From: an uncultured Thermotogaceae bacterium | GTDB taxonomy: Bacteria; Thermotogota; Thermotogae; MWEM01 | DNA length: 64,000 nt | Assembly: GCA_964462525.1 (NCBI GenBank) | Contig: CAYWWY010000001.1 | Location: 183,074 to 247,073 of the forward strand | Reading direction: 5' to 3' | Part shown: positions 8,348-17,895 of the stretch, one piece after another | Numbering within the stretch: position 1 is the stretch's first letter | Layout: each line of letters opens with the position of its first letter | Notes under the pieces: generated by a model | The model's input: only the letters and a program-made list of their open reading frames with translations | Told to the model about the DNA's origin: nothing | The model's database searches: none | Position numbers and translations under genes: made by a program

Positions 8348-10682
8348 AGCAGAGTTTTCGGACCGAATTCAAAAAGAAGTGATTCTTTTGGACGGTTCAT
8401 ATGGCGCAAACCTCCAAATCAAAAGGTCGGATGCCCGCGCAGTGGAAATGTACAATATCAAAGACCCCGATTCTGTATTGGACCTTCATAAGGCTTATGT
8501 GCTCGCTGGGTCCGATCTGATCCTTACGAACTCCTTCAGCGCAAATCCACTTAAGCTAAAGATGCTTGGATTGGAGGGACTATTCGAACCAATAAATCGA
8601 GCCGCTGTTCATATAGCGAAGAAAGCTACCCAAGGAAGGAGTTGGGTATTTGGAGACATCTCTTCTTCGGGGCATTTTGCGCAACCATTTGGAGAGCCTT
8701 CTTTTGAAGAGTTGGAAGAATGCTTTTCTCAACAAGCCCTGGTTTTATTCGATTCTGGAGTGGATGGAATCCTTTTGGAAACCTTTACAGACATCAAAGA
8801 ACTGAAAGCTGCTATTTCTGGTGTGCGAAAGATCGCTCCCCATATCCCTTTAATCGCTTCGATGACCTTTACCGAGGAAGGAAGAACAGTATCGGGAACA
8901 CCGGTTCACGGATTCGGGATCCTAATGGAAGATTTGGACGTGGATGTGGTCGGGATTAATTGTACGCTTGACCCCAAGCAAATTATCCCGATTGCGCGTT
9001 CTCTGATGGAAGCAACTTCAAAACCCATCTGCGTCCAACCCAATGCAGGGAAACCGATCACGATTGGCCAAGAATCTCGATACGATCTGAGTCCCGATCA
9101 GTTTCGGCTTTATATGGAAGATTCTCTGGATTTGGGGGTATCTATGGTTGGTGGCTGCTGCGGAACAAACCCGAAGCATATCCACGAATTGCGGTTGCTC
9201 CTCGAGATTTACCATCGAAGCGAAACTAAGAGATTGGTTCACCCAAGGCTTTTTGTCACATCACGAACTTACTGTATTTCACCTGCCCCGTTTATGATAA
9301 TTGGAGAACGGATCAACCCTGCTTCTCGGAATGATTTTCAGAAAGAGATTGCGGAGATGGATATGAGAACAGTAATCCGTGAAGCAGCCAGCCAAGAACA
9401 AGAAGGAGCCGACGTATTGGATCTGAATTTGGGAATTGAAAAAGGCTTAACGCCTGATCATATACGAAAAGCAATCTGCGATTTGGATCGGGCGTCTTGC
9501 GTACCTCTTTCCATTGATATCCAAACGCGGGAATTACGGGAAACTGCATTGAGAGAATACCCAGGTCGCGGAATTATTAACTCCGCACGGATTACCCCAA
9601 AAAGCTTGGAATTTGCTATTCATTGTCTGAAGCAGTACGGAGGGTTAGTCATCCTATTGGGTATGGGAAAAACAGTTCCCGATACAGCCCTCGAACGGTT
9701 TCAATTGATCCTTAATGGGATTCAAGAAATGGAAAACGCTGGCATTTCTCGTGACCGTATCTTGGCTGATCCCTTGGTCTTGACAATTGGAGCGGGAAAC
9801 AAACCAAAAACCACGCTAGAAGCAATCCGATTGTTACATGAACAAGGGATTCGAACTACATTAGGTCTGTCCAACCTGAGTTACGGGATGAGAAATCGGA
9901 GCCATATCAATGCCGCCTTTATTTCTCAAGCCATAAGTGCTGGATTGGATAGCGCGATCATGAATCCAGCGGAAAAAATCGTCATGAATGTTTTAGATGG
10001 CAGTTTAACCCTACAAGGAAAAGAACGAGAAAACACCAATATTGGCGTGGATGACCCATTGATTCGGTCTTTGCTGCATGGAGATCTTCATACTGCCGAC
10101 CGTTTGATCCAAGAAAAGCTTGAAACTGGCCGTAAATCGGATATTGGTCAATCGGTTCTTGGAGAATCTCTTCAAGAGATTGGAGAGATGTACGCCAACG
10201 GAACCTTGTTTTTGCCTCATCTTCTTATGGCTGCTCAAACCGCAGCACCAATCTTCGACCGTTTGAACACCCTAGTAGGAAAACGGAGTCGGGCGATTGG
10301 CCGCGTTTTGCTGGCAACTGTTGAAGGGGACGTACACGATATTGGAAAGAAAATTATCGGGACTGTTTTGCAGAGTGGAGGATTTGAAGTGGTAGATATT
10401 GGAATCGACCAGTCGTCTCAGGAGATCCTTGATGCGGTTCTTAGGGAAAAGCCGGATATTGTCGGTTTATCAGCGATGATGACGACCACTATTGGAAAGG
10501 TCGAAGAGTTTTCCCGACTCCGCAAAGAGGTTCATCTTTCAATTCCCTTAATCTGCGGCGGGGCATCTCTTAATGGAGAGCTTGCCAAGAGCTTTGGGTG
10601 CGAAGGATATTGCGCCAATGCCTCAGGTGTAGTAAAACTGTGCAAGCAACTCCTTGGGAAGGAAGTGGTTCCATTTGATTGA
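8340..10682 (+). CDS. metH: Cobalamin-dependent methionine synthase core (Hcy S-methyltransferase, pterin-binding and B12-binding domains). The AdoMet reactivation domain is absent.
   Basis: LLDGSYGANL...GGCCGTNP (zinc/Hcy site), then the B12-binding DxHxxG block VEGDVHDIGKKIIGTVLQSGGFEVVDIG. At 781 aa it is too short to contain the activation domain. ATG 8340 is preceded by AAAGGAG and overlaps the metF stop (ATGGATAG). Confidence 0.85.
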   Translation: MDRAEFSDRIQKEVILLDGSYGANLQIKRSDARAVEMYNIKDPDSVLDLHKAYVLAGSDLILTNSFSANPLKLKMLGLEGLFEPINRAAVHIAKKATQGRSWVFGDISSSGHFAQPFGEPSFEELEECFSQQALVLFDSGVDGILLETFTDIKELKAAISGVRKIAPHIPLIASMTFTEEGRTVSGTPVHGFGILMEDLDVDVVGINCTLDPKQIIPIARSLMEATSKPICVQPNAGKPITIGQESRYDLSPDQFRLYMEDSLDLGVSMVGGCCGTNPKHIHELRLLLEIYHRSETKRLVHPRLFVTSRTYCISPAPFMIIGERINPASRNDFQKEIAEMDMRTVIREAASQEQEGADVLDLNLGIEKGLTPDHIRKAICDLDRASCVPLSIDIQTRELRETALREYPGRGIINSARITPKSLEFAIHCLKQYGGLVILLGMGKTVPDTALERFQLILNGIQEMENAGISRDRILADPLVLTIGAGNKPKTTLEAIRLLHEQGIRTTLGLSNLSYGMRNRSHINAAFISQAISAGLDSAIMNPAEKIVMNVLDGSLTLQGKERENTNIGVDDPLIRSLLHGDLHTADRLIQEKLETGRKSDIGQSVLGESLQEIGEMYANGTLFLPHLLMAAQTAAPIFDRLNTLVGKRSRAIGRVLLATVEGDVHDIGKKIIGTVLQSGGFEVVDIGIDQSSQEILDAVLREKPDIVGLSAMMTTTIGKVEEFSRLRKEVHLSIPLICGGASLNGELAKSFGCEGYCANASGVVKLCKQLLGKEVVPFD

Positions 10683-11445
10683 ACTCGATCAACTTTCTTT
10701 TTCTTACGAACGAGAATCTCCATTAATCAACAATTTATCTCTCGTGATTTCTTCTGCGGAATTTTTTGGGATCATTGGCCCCAATGGTTCAGGAAAAAGC
10801 ACATTGCTGAAGTTGATCTGTGGGCTTTTACGCCCTGATAAAGGAGAAATCCGAATCGACGGAGCAAGTACTGCCCGCACTTCGAGAAAAAAGCTTGCTC
10901 AAAATGTTTCTGCGGTATTGCAGGACTTCTTGCCCGTATATGATTTCGCCGTTCAAGACATAGTTCATATGGGACGGATCCCTTATCACAACCCTTTCTC
11001 CGAGCAACGATTCGAAGACTATCAGATCGTCCGAAAAGCGATTGAGCAAACCCAATTGAATGGTTTTGAAAAACGACGGTACTATACGTTAAGCGGGGGA
11101 GAAAAACAGCGAACGATCATTGCAAAGTGCTTTGCTCAACAAACCCCGGTTATTCTTTTGGATGAGTTCATTGCTCATCTCGATTTGGGGCATATACAGC
11201 AGGTTCTGCAAACTGTTTCATATAAGAATGACAAAGAGAAAATCACTATCGTCGGGGTTTTTCACGATATTAATATAGCCGCTCTTTACTGTGATCGGAT
11301 CTGCGTCTTGAACCATGGAGATCTCGAATGCATAGGGACTCCAGAAGAGGTGATTCAGAAAGAACTCCTGCAATCCGTATTTTCTGCTCAATGCGAAGTG
11401 ATTGATCACCCGGTTCTTCATAAACCCCAGGTGGTCCTTTTGTGA
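10654..11445 (+). CDS. ABC transporter ATP-binding protein (FepC/BtuD/FhuC-like NBD) with no cognate permease or binding protein in the window.
   Basis: Walker A GPNGSGKSTLLKLICG, signature LSGGEKQRTIIAKCF, Walker B ILLDEFIAHLD and H-loop are all present. The start is uncertain (TTG at 10654 or TTG at 10675) and overlaps the metH stop. The stop overlaps the next ORF as ATGA. Confidence 0.75.
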   Translation: MGRKWFHLIELDQLSFSYERESPLINNLSLVISSAEFFGIIGPNGSGKSTLLKLICGLLRPDKGEIRIDGASTARTSRKKLAQNVSAVLQDFLPVYDFAVQDIVHMGRIPYHNPFSEQRFEDYQIVRKAIEQTQLNGFEKRRYYTLSGGEKQRTIIAKCFAQQTPVILLDEFIAHLDLGHIQQVLQTVSYKNDKEKITIVGVFHDINIAALYCDRICVLNHGDLECIGTPEEVIQKELLQSVFSAQCEVIDHPVLHKPQVVLL

Positions 11446-12593
11446 ATGATTTGATCGATGCGTTGTATGACGCGCAGTACTTACATCGATTGCATGACTT
11501 GAGAGCGAAAAGCCAATGGGCTATCGATTCTTTATCGCAGGCACGTCTCAAGAAAATGGATGATTCGGGGTTTTCCTATATCATTAATAAATTGGATAAT
11601 TCGTTAAAAGAGAAGCTTCGAGGAGTAGACCTTCTTACGGTTATGTTCGCATGGGACAAGCTTTTCTACGGTTCTGGAAAGTTTTCCGATCGCCTTGAAG
11701 CGTGTTGTGACTTATTGGATCTTTCTGATTGGGATTTGGGGTTTTTGCTCTTCTTTACCGCTCCAAAAAGCTTTTTCCCCCCTAACCCTTTGGTTATCGC
11801 TTATTTTCAAAAGATCAAATCAACGATTGCGGAAACCTCTTTCCTTCAGTTCACCCAGACAGCCTCAAAGATTTGGAAGACCCGAAGAGACCATGACGTT
11901 TTTCCATCACCGATGGAACTGTATGCTGCGTTATTGACTATGAGGGATCGTTATGAGAACCCGAATCCTTTTAGTTCTTTTGTAGACACGCATGATGAAC
12001 GACTTTTTTCGGAACTCATCGATAGCATACGGAATCTGAGCTTGTATAGACTGAATCCAATGCAGATCACCTGGATTAGAGACTTATGCAGCGACTTTTC
12101 GGATCCGCAAAGATTCCGTCTTATGGAACGGATGCGCCAGGAAAACATCCATCCCTATATCCGAAGGATTATAACGAAGCAACCCAAACAAGGAGCCATC
12201 GTTGACGGGAGCAACATCATTTTTTCCGGTCTTTTGCAACCAGATCCCCTTCGACTCAGAGACCTAATGAATGCTTTGGGCGCTTTCCCCACCCTTTTCT
12301 TTCCGATCCGCTTTGTGTTCGACGCCAATGTGGATTACATCATCCCAACCAACCATGCATTTTGGAACACCCACTTTCGAAGCAATCCTGAGGTTGTCCG
12401 TTTTTCTCCAGCGGACGAATGGATAATCCAAACAGCATACGAGCAAAAATACGCTGTCATATCCAATGATCAGTATCGGCAGCATCAGAACTTGGGGTTG
12501 CCTATATACCCCTTTCTTCCTCATCAAGTGCGCCTTTGTCGGAAAGAGGACGCTAGACCAGGTACGATATCAAAAAAGCGGTCAAACCGGTAA
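11442..12593 (+). CDS. Hypothetical soluble protein with a C-terminal Zc3h12a-like NYN (PIN-like RNase) domain.
   Basis: The C-terminus reads GAIVDGSNIIFSG...RFSPADEWIIQTAYEQKYAVISNDQYRQ. This matches the IDGSNV ... VFTP..DD...A....IVSND.YRD pattern of Zc3h12a-type NYN domains. No TM segments. It is translationally coupled to the upstream ABC ATPase. Confidence 0.5.
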   Translation: MNDLIDALYDAQYLHRLHDLRAKSQWAIDSLSQARLKKMDDSGFSYIINKLDNSLKEKLRGVDLLTVMFAWDKLFYGSGKFSDRLEACCDLLDLSDWDLGFLLFFTAPKSFFPPNPLVIAYFQKIKSTIAETSFLQFTQTASKIWKTRRDHDVFPSPMELYAALLTMRDRYENPNPFSSFVDTHDERLFSELIDSIRNLSLYRLNPMQITWIRDLCSDFSDPQRFRLMERMRQENIHPYIRRIITKQPKQGAIVDGSNIIFSGLLQPDPLRLRDLMNALGAFPTLFFPIRFVFDANVDYIIPTNHAFWNTHFRSNPEVVRFSPADEWIIQTAYEQKYAVISNDQYRQHQNLGLPIYPFLPHQVRLCRKEDARPGTISKKRSNR

Positions 12594-13707
12594 TTGCCAA
12601 GATGGGCGCCATCCGGATCAGGGTTTTATACAAATCCGTTTGAAAGTAATTCACAGTCAGTACGATACACAGATGAACCGGAGACATTAGGACTCCAGCT
12701 ACCGCTCCAAAATACAGCCACAAAGGATCTGCGCCTAAAACCAGAAGCAAAGGGGCAGAGATTCCGATAGCGCTTTGAGTGATACCTGTTGCAAGCCCAA
12801 TTAAAAAGGGTAAGAGGAAGGTAAGAACGTTCAAGTTCAACCCCAATTGTTGTAAGTCTGTTGCGATGTCTGCAGCAAGCTGAACGTGTTCCAAATAAGC
12901 TTTATAGGCAAAAAATGAAAAGAGCAAAAAGAAAACAGGGAAGCGTTTGGCGGTTTTTTTCATGGATGGGATCAAGGAATGGTATCGTAAGCAAAAATAG
13001 ACTCCTACCGTTATCAACAGAGCCAGATACCCCTCCATCCGAAATCCGAGAATCAACACCCCTGTGATCGCAATCACCAACAAAACCCACAATCCCTTCA
13101 GGGAATGCAGACCGGCTTTTTTCATTTTGGGCAATGAAATTCCATTTAAGTAGATCCACCCGCCTACTACTGCTGTGAGAAAGATTGGGAAGGCCTTAAT
13201 TGAAAAGGACGCCATATTGATTGACGCCAAAGAACAAATAATAATCAGAGCAGGATACAAGGGCCAAAAAAACTCTACAGCGTGCCGAAACCAGAAGTTG
13301 GCCAGCACAAGATACTCGTTGGAGGAATCTTTCCCCACCATTTTCACTATGGGCGCTGTAAACATGGCTCCGCCAGGCATTGGCAAAAAACCGATCATTA
13401 ATGGCATAAAAGCAACAGATGTTTTTGGATCAAATAGATTTTGAACGGAATGGGAGAATTTTTGGTCATCTCGAGAGTGTGACAAGCCTTCGCTGAAAAG
13501 AAAGATCAGAAATACCGGAATTACCGATCGATATAAAGCGATATCGGAAAAAGGTTCAATCAAACTCAGGAAAAGGGCATTACCATCCCAACGAAAAACG
13601 ATCACAATCATGATTGCTGCGAATACTGCCATAAAGATCGATCGGCTCAATTTCTGAACCAGTACAAGAACCAATAGAGACACCAAAATGATTGCGAAAG
13701 ACAACAA
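12553..13707 (-). CDS. Polytopic membrane protein or permease of unassigned family (~10 TM).
   Basis: 384 aa, strongly hydrophobic throughout. Its 3' end overlaps the convergent NYN ORF by 41 nt. Confidence 0.5.
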   Translation of the reverse strand: MLSFAIILVSLLVLVLVQKLSRSIFMAVFAAIMIVIVFRWDGNALFLSLIEPFSDIALYRSVIPVFLIFLFSEGLSHSRDDQKFSHSVQNLFDPKTSVAFMPLMIGFLPMPGGAMFTAPIVKMVGKDSSNEYLVLANFWFRHAVEFFWPLYPALIIICSLASINMASFSIKAFPIFLTAVVGGWIYLNGISLPKMKKAGLHSLKGLWVLLVIAITGVLILGFRMEGYLALLITVGVYFCLRYHSLIPSMKKTAKRFPVFFLLFSFFAYKAYLEHVQLAADIATDLQQLGLNLNVLTFLLPFLIGLATGITQSAIGISAPLLLVLGADPLWLYFGAVAGVLMSPVHLCIVLTVNYFQTDLYKTLIRMAPILAITGLTAFLISYLV

Positions 13708-13720
13708 AGATCACCAGGCC

Positions 13721-14776
13721 TTAGGCGCGTTCACGAATAACCTCTTGTAGTAGAACAAAAAAGCGATTCCATAACTGATCTTTTGGGTAAGCGGCGACGA
13801 CCTTTCCTTTACGAAAGATCACTCCCCCGTGTTTTGTTCCAGCGATTCCAAGATCCGCTTCTTTGCCTTCCCCAATACCGTTTACAGCGCAACCCATTAC
13901 CGCTATGGTTATCGACACATCACAAAAACCAAGAAAGGCTTCGATTTGTTCGGCCCATTCTTCAACAGGAGCATCGGTTCTTCCACAGGTGGGGCAAGCA
14001 ATGACGATTGGACCCTTTTTCAACCCCAAAGAACCTAGAAGAATCTTTGCTGCACGGACTTCATAAATTGGGTCCCCTGTGATCGAATAACGAATGGTGT
14101 CTCCTATGCCTTCCTGTAATAGACTTCCAATCAGCGCACTGGACTTTATTAGTGAAGAGAAAAGGGTACCTGCTTCTGTCAACCCGATATGGAGGGGATA
14201 TGAACACTGGCTTGCAACTGATCGGGTCGCTTCCAGAGTCTGTTGTATATCAGAAGCTTTTACCGCCACAATGATCTGGTCGAAACCGGCTTCTTCCAAA
14301 ATACGCACTTCTCTCATTGCAGCTTCGGCTAGCGCTTCCGCTTTGAGTAAATGAGCAAGGTCCTCAGGAAGCGAACCTGAATTGGCTCCAACTCGTATGG
14401 ATACTCCCATTCTTTTGGCTTCAAATGCGATATCCCGAATCCGTTCAGCGTTTTTTATATTGCCTGGATTCAAGCGGATTTTGGGGATCCCCTGATGAAT
14501 AGCTTCTATGGCAATTTTGTAATCATAATGAACATCAGCAATCAAAGGGATTGGATCGGTTCGTTCCAGAACTTCTGGTAAGAACTCGAGCGATTCTCGA
14601 TCAGGCAATGCAACCCGTACCAAATCAGCCCCACATTGATTGAGCTGGTGAATTTGGGCTATACAAGCAGAGGTGTTTGATATAGGTACTGTGCACATTG
14701 ACTGAATCGCAATCGGGTGATCCCCTCCGATTACTATGGATCCTACTGGAATTGGAATGCTCGATCTTCGCTTCAA
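13721..14776 (-). CDS. ispG: 4-hydroxy-3-methylbut-2-en-1-yl diphosphate synthase (IspG/GcpE).
   Basis: IQSMCTVPISNTSACIAQIHQL..GADLVRVALPD and the C-terminal CPTCGR Fe-S motif. Confidence 0.85.
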   Translation of the reverse strand: MKRRSSIPIPVGSIVIGGDHPIAIQSMCTVPISNTSACIAQIHQLNQCGADLVRVALPDRESLEFLPEVLERTDPIPLIADVHYDYKIAIEAIHQGIPKIRLNPGNIKNAERIRDIAFEAKRMGVSIRVGANSGSLPEDLAHLLKAEALAEAAMREVRILEEAGFDQIIVAVKASDIQQTLEATRSVASQCSYPLHIGLTEAGTLFSSLIKSSALIGSLLQEGIGDTIRYSITGDPIYEVRAAKILLGSLGLKKGPIVIACPTCGRTDAPVEEWAEQIEAFLGFCDVSITIAVMGCAVNGIGEGKEADLGIAGTKHGGVIFRKGKVVAAYPKDQLWNRFFVLLQEVIRERA

Positions 14777-14813
14777 AAGACAATCATCATCCTATACCCT
14801 TATGGCCTAGGGT

Positions 14814-16784
14814 TTACGAGGAATATGCGGAATTCAACAGATACCTGTCGATTTCTTCAGTCATTTTTTCGATGATCTCTTCCAATGGCTTTGGACCGAT
14901 ATCCGTTCCGCAACGTAGACGCACCGATGCTGTTTGGACCTTTGATTCTAAATCTCCCACAACTAGCATATAAGGGATCTTCTGCAGTTGCGCTTCCCTG
15001 ATTTTGTAAGTGATTTTTCGAGGTTTGTCATCCACCTCAGCTCGGATGCCCGCTTGTTCCAATTTGCTTTTGTAAGCATAACACTGCTCGTTATGTCGAT
15101 CTGCTATGGGTAAAAGGATCGCCTGTGTTGGAGCCAACCAAAGAGGAAAAGCGCCTGCAAAATGTTCGATCAGAACCCCGAAGATCCGTTCTAAAGCGCC
15201 TAATACTGTTCGATGAATCATAACAGGGCGTTCTTCTTCATTATTACTCGTGACGTATGTAAGATCAAACCTCTGCGGCATCTGGAAATCAAGCTGGACC
15301 GTTGCGCACTGCCAAGTTCTACCGATGGAATCACGAATATGGTAATCAATTTTGGGCCCGTAGAATGCGCCATCTCCTTCATTGACTCGGTATGAGACGG
15401 ACGCCTCTTCAAGAGCTTCTCTAAGCGCTTGTGTCGCGATATCCCATTGCTCGATTGAACCCATGAAGTCTTCGGGACGTGTACTCAGTTCAACTTGGTA
15501 GGTGAATCCGAATACCCGATATATCCGGTCAACAAGATGGATAACTCCCAAAAGCTCATCTTTCATCTGATTGGTTGTACAAAATATGTGGGCATCATCT
15601 TGAGTGATCGCCCGAACTCGAAAAAGGCCATGTAGAACGCCGCTGCGTTCATAGCGGTGTACTTTTCCAATCTCAGACATTCGGAGCGGGAGATCTCTAT
15701 AACTTACCGTGCCATTTTGATAGATCTGAATATGCCCAGGACAGTTCATCGGTTTGATCGCATAGGTCTGTTCGTCTTTTTCAACGAAATACATGTTCTC
15801 GCGAAAGTGATCCCAATGACCGGATTGGTGCCACAACTTCTCGTGAAGAATCAAGGGGGTCATTACCTCTTGATATCCCGCCTCTTTGTGCGTCTTCCTC
15901 CACATTTCCAGCAATGCCTGAATCGCGATGACTCCTTTTGGTAAAAAGGTCGGCATACCCGCTGCCGTATCAGTATGAATCATAAACAAACCCAGATTTG
16001 GCCCAAGCTTCCGATGATCTCTCCTTTTGGCTTCTTCCAGCATGTCCAAATGGGTTTCCAATGCCTCTTTGGATGCGAAAACAGTCCCATAAATCCGCTG
16101 AAGCATGGGCTTTTTCTCGTCTCCATGCCAATAGGCTCCTGCAAGAGAGAGCAACTTGAAGTGTTTAATTTTCCCTGTTGATGGTATGTGTGGACCACGG
16201 CAAAGATCGATGAATTCTCCTTGCCGATAAAAGGTAATCCGTTCGCCTTCTGCCAACTCATGAATCAACTCAATTTTAAAAGTTTGGTCCTGATCCTTCA
16301 TCAATTGGAGGGCCTCTTCTTTGGTAAGCTCAAATCGTTCCAATGGCAAATCTTCTTCGATGATCCTCTTCATCTCTTTTTCAATCAGAGGTAGGTCCTC
16401 TTCTTTGATCTTCCCTTCCGTCAGAAGAATATCGTAGTAAAAGCCATCTTCAATCGTTGGACCTATTCCCAAACGGACATTGGAAGATCCAAAGATTCTT
16501 TCTACAGCTTGTGCCATGATATGAGCCATCGTATGCCGGTAAAAAGTAGTCGCTGCTTCATCCTCCTTCTTCAACAAAACAAGATCCACAATCTCGTCAG
16601 GGCCTTTTTGCTTAAAAGAGCTCATGGGTCGGAAAAGATCCCCAGGTTCTCCATTGATCAAGGCGCCAATCACGCTTTTTGCTAGTCCTTTGGAAATCCC
16701 TTCTGCAATCGATAAGGGTGTTTCTGTTCCTTCATACATACGGATTTGTCCGTCAGGAAATCGCACTTTTACTTTTTGGGACAT
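14814..16784 (-). CDS. thrS: Threonyl-tRNA synthetase.
   Basis: 656 aa. It has a TGS/N-terminal domain, class II core motifs (HRDLGP..., FRVRAITQDDAHIF) and a C-terminal anticodon-binding domain. Confidence 0.9.
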   Translation of the reverse strand: MSQKVKVRFPDGQIRMYEGTETPLSIAEGISKGLAKSVIGALINGEPGDLFRPMSSFKQKGPDEIVDLVLLKKEDEAATTFYRHTMAHIMAQAVERIFGSSNVRLGIGPTIEDGFYYDILLTEGKIKEEDLPLIEKEMKRIIEEDLPLERFELTKEEALQLMKDQDQTFKIELIHELAEGERITFYRQGEFIDLCRGPHIPSTGKIKHFKLLSLAGAYWHGDEKKPMLQRIYGTVFASKEALETHLDMLEEAKRRDHRKLGPNLGLFMIHTDTAAGMPTFLPKGVIAIQALLEMWRKTHKEAGYQEVMTPLILHEKLWHQSGHWDHFRENMYFVEKDEQTYAIKPMNCPGHIQIYQNGTVSYRDLPLRMSEIGKVHRYERSGVLHGLFRVRAITQDDAHIFCTTNQMKDELLGVIHLVDRIYRVFGFTYQVELSTRPEDFMGSIEQWDIATQALREALEEASVSYRVNEGDGAFYGPKIDYHIRDSIGRTWQCATVQLDFQMPQRFDLTYVTSNNEEERPVMIHRTVLGALERIFGVLIEHFAGAFPLWLAPTQAILLPIADRHNEQCYAYKSKLEQAGIRAEVDDKPRKITYKIREAQLQKIPYMLVVGDLESKVQTASVRLRCGTDIGPKPLEEIIEKMTEEIDRYLLNSAYSS

Positions 16785-16816
16785 GTGAACCTACCTCCTT
16801 TCCTCAATGATGAGAA

Positions 16817-17872
16817 TCATCCGTATCTTTTTTCAAATAGCTGTCTGATTTCAAGGTTTTCTCTAACGATATCAAGTGCGTATTGCGCATGTTCTTTCGC
16901 ATATCCATTACCGATGATCATTTCAAGATCTTTTCCAACGCCTTCCGCTCCCAAAGCGGCTTTGGTAAAACTCGTCGCCATGGAAAAGAAATAGAGCTTT
17001 CCATAGTTTCGCGTTGAAAGAATACAGCCCATCTCAGAATTTGGTGCATTGACCACGTTGATTGTTACATCCGCCATGTTTTCCGAAGTGGACCGTGCAA
17101 CTTTTTCGTAAACTTCCAGTGCCTGTGTGGCATCCGCCGTTAGGATCTGATCGCAAATATGAAGTTGCTCCAGTTCTTCTCGGTTGTCTTGTTCATGGAT
17201 CAACCCGATTACACGGCCGATGGAACCGGTCATTTTCTTGGCAATATAAGAACAAAGAATGCCCGATTTACCAGCAGCACCAACGATCAAGACGGTATCC
17301 CCTGGACGGACCATCCGGGCGGTTTGAATCGGCGCGCCTGCGACATCCAAGATTGAAAGGGCCAAAGCCTCGCTTAGATCTGATGGGAGCTTTGCCAATA
17401 CTCCACTCTTAAAAAGGACCGCTTTGCCTTTGATCTCCACTTGATCACGGTCCAGGTAGACTTTCTGTATTTGATCGATCCAAAGGGGGGTTAATGAAAG
17501 CGACACCAACGTGGCCACTTTATCTCCAATCGAAACCCCCTTTTCCACAGATAGCTCGGGAGAAATCCGAGAGATTTGACCGATCAGCATCCCTCCAGAC
17601 CCAGTTACGGGGTTGTGCATTTTCCCACGGGTATGAACGATTTCTTGGATTTTTTTGCCCACAAGGTCTTCCAACTCTTTATCTGGGAAAACTTCACCAC
17701 ATTCTTCTAGGATTTGCCGAAAAGAAGCGGAATCGATGTTTAACCGACGAACATCAATCAAAATCTCCTGATCAAAATCATAACTCATATCATTGTCCAG
17801 TTTCCAAGCCGGTTGAGGCAATACTCCTTTTGGTTCGACAACGCGGTGGGTTCCAAAGGGACAAACGTTCAT
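16817..17872 (-). CDS. NAD(P)-dependent dehydrogenase resembling L-erythro-3,5-diaminohexanoate dehydrogenase (Kdd).
   Basis: N-terminus reads CPFGTHRVVEPKGVLPQPAWKLDNDMSYDFDQEILIDV, with a Rossmann motif GDTVLIVGAAGKSG. The Kdd assignment rests on remembered similarity to lysine-fermentation Kdd sequences and was not checked against a database. Confidence 0.45.
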   Translation of the reverse strand: MNVCPFGTHRVVEPKGVLPQPAWKLDNDMSYDFDQEILIDVRRLNIDSASFRQILEECGEVFPDKELEDLVGKKIQEIVHTRGKMHNPVTGSGGMLIGQISRISPELSVEKGVSIGDKVATLVSLSLTPLWIDQIQKVYLDRDQVEIKGKAVLFKSGVLAKLPSDLSEALALSILDVAGAPIQTARMVRPGDTVLIVGAAGKSGILCSYIAKKMTGSIGRVIGLIHEQDNREELEQLHICDQILTADATQALEVYEKVARSTSENMADVTINVVNAPNSEMGCILSTRNYGKLYFFSMATSFTKAALGAEGVGKDLEMIIGNGYAKEHAQYALDIVRENLEIRQLFEKRYG

Positions 17873-17895
17873 CGAAATCCAACTCCTTTCAAAAC

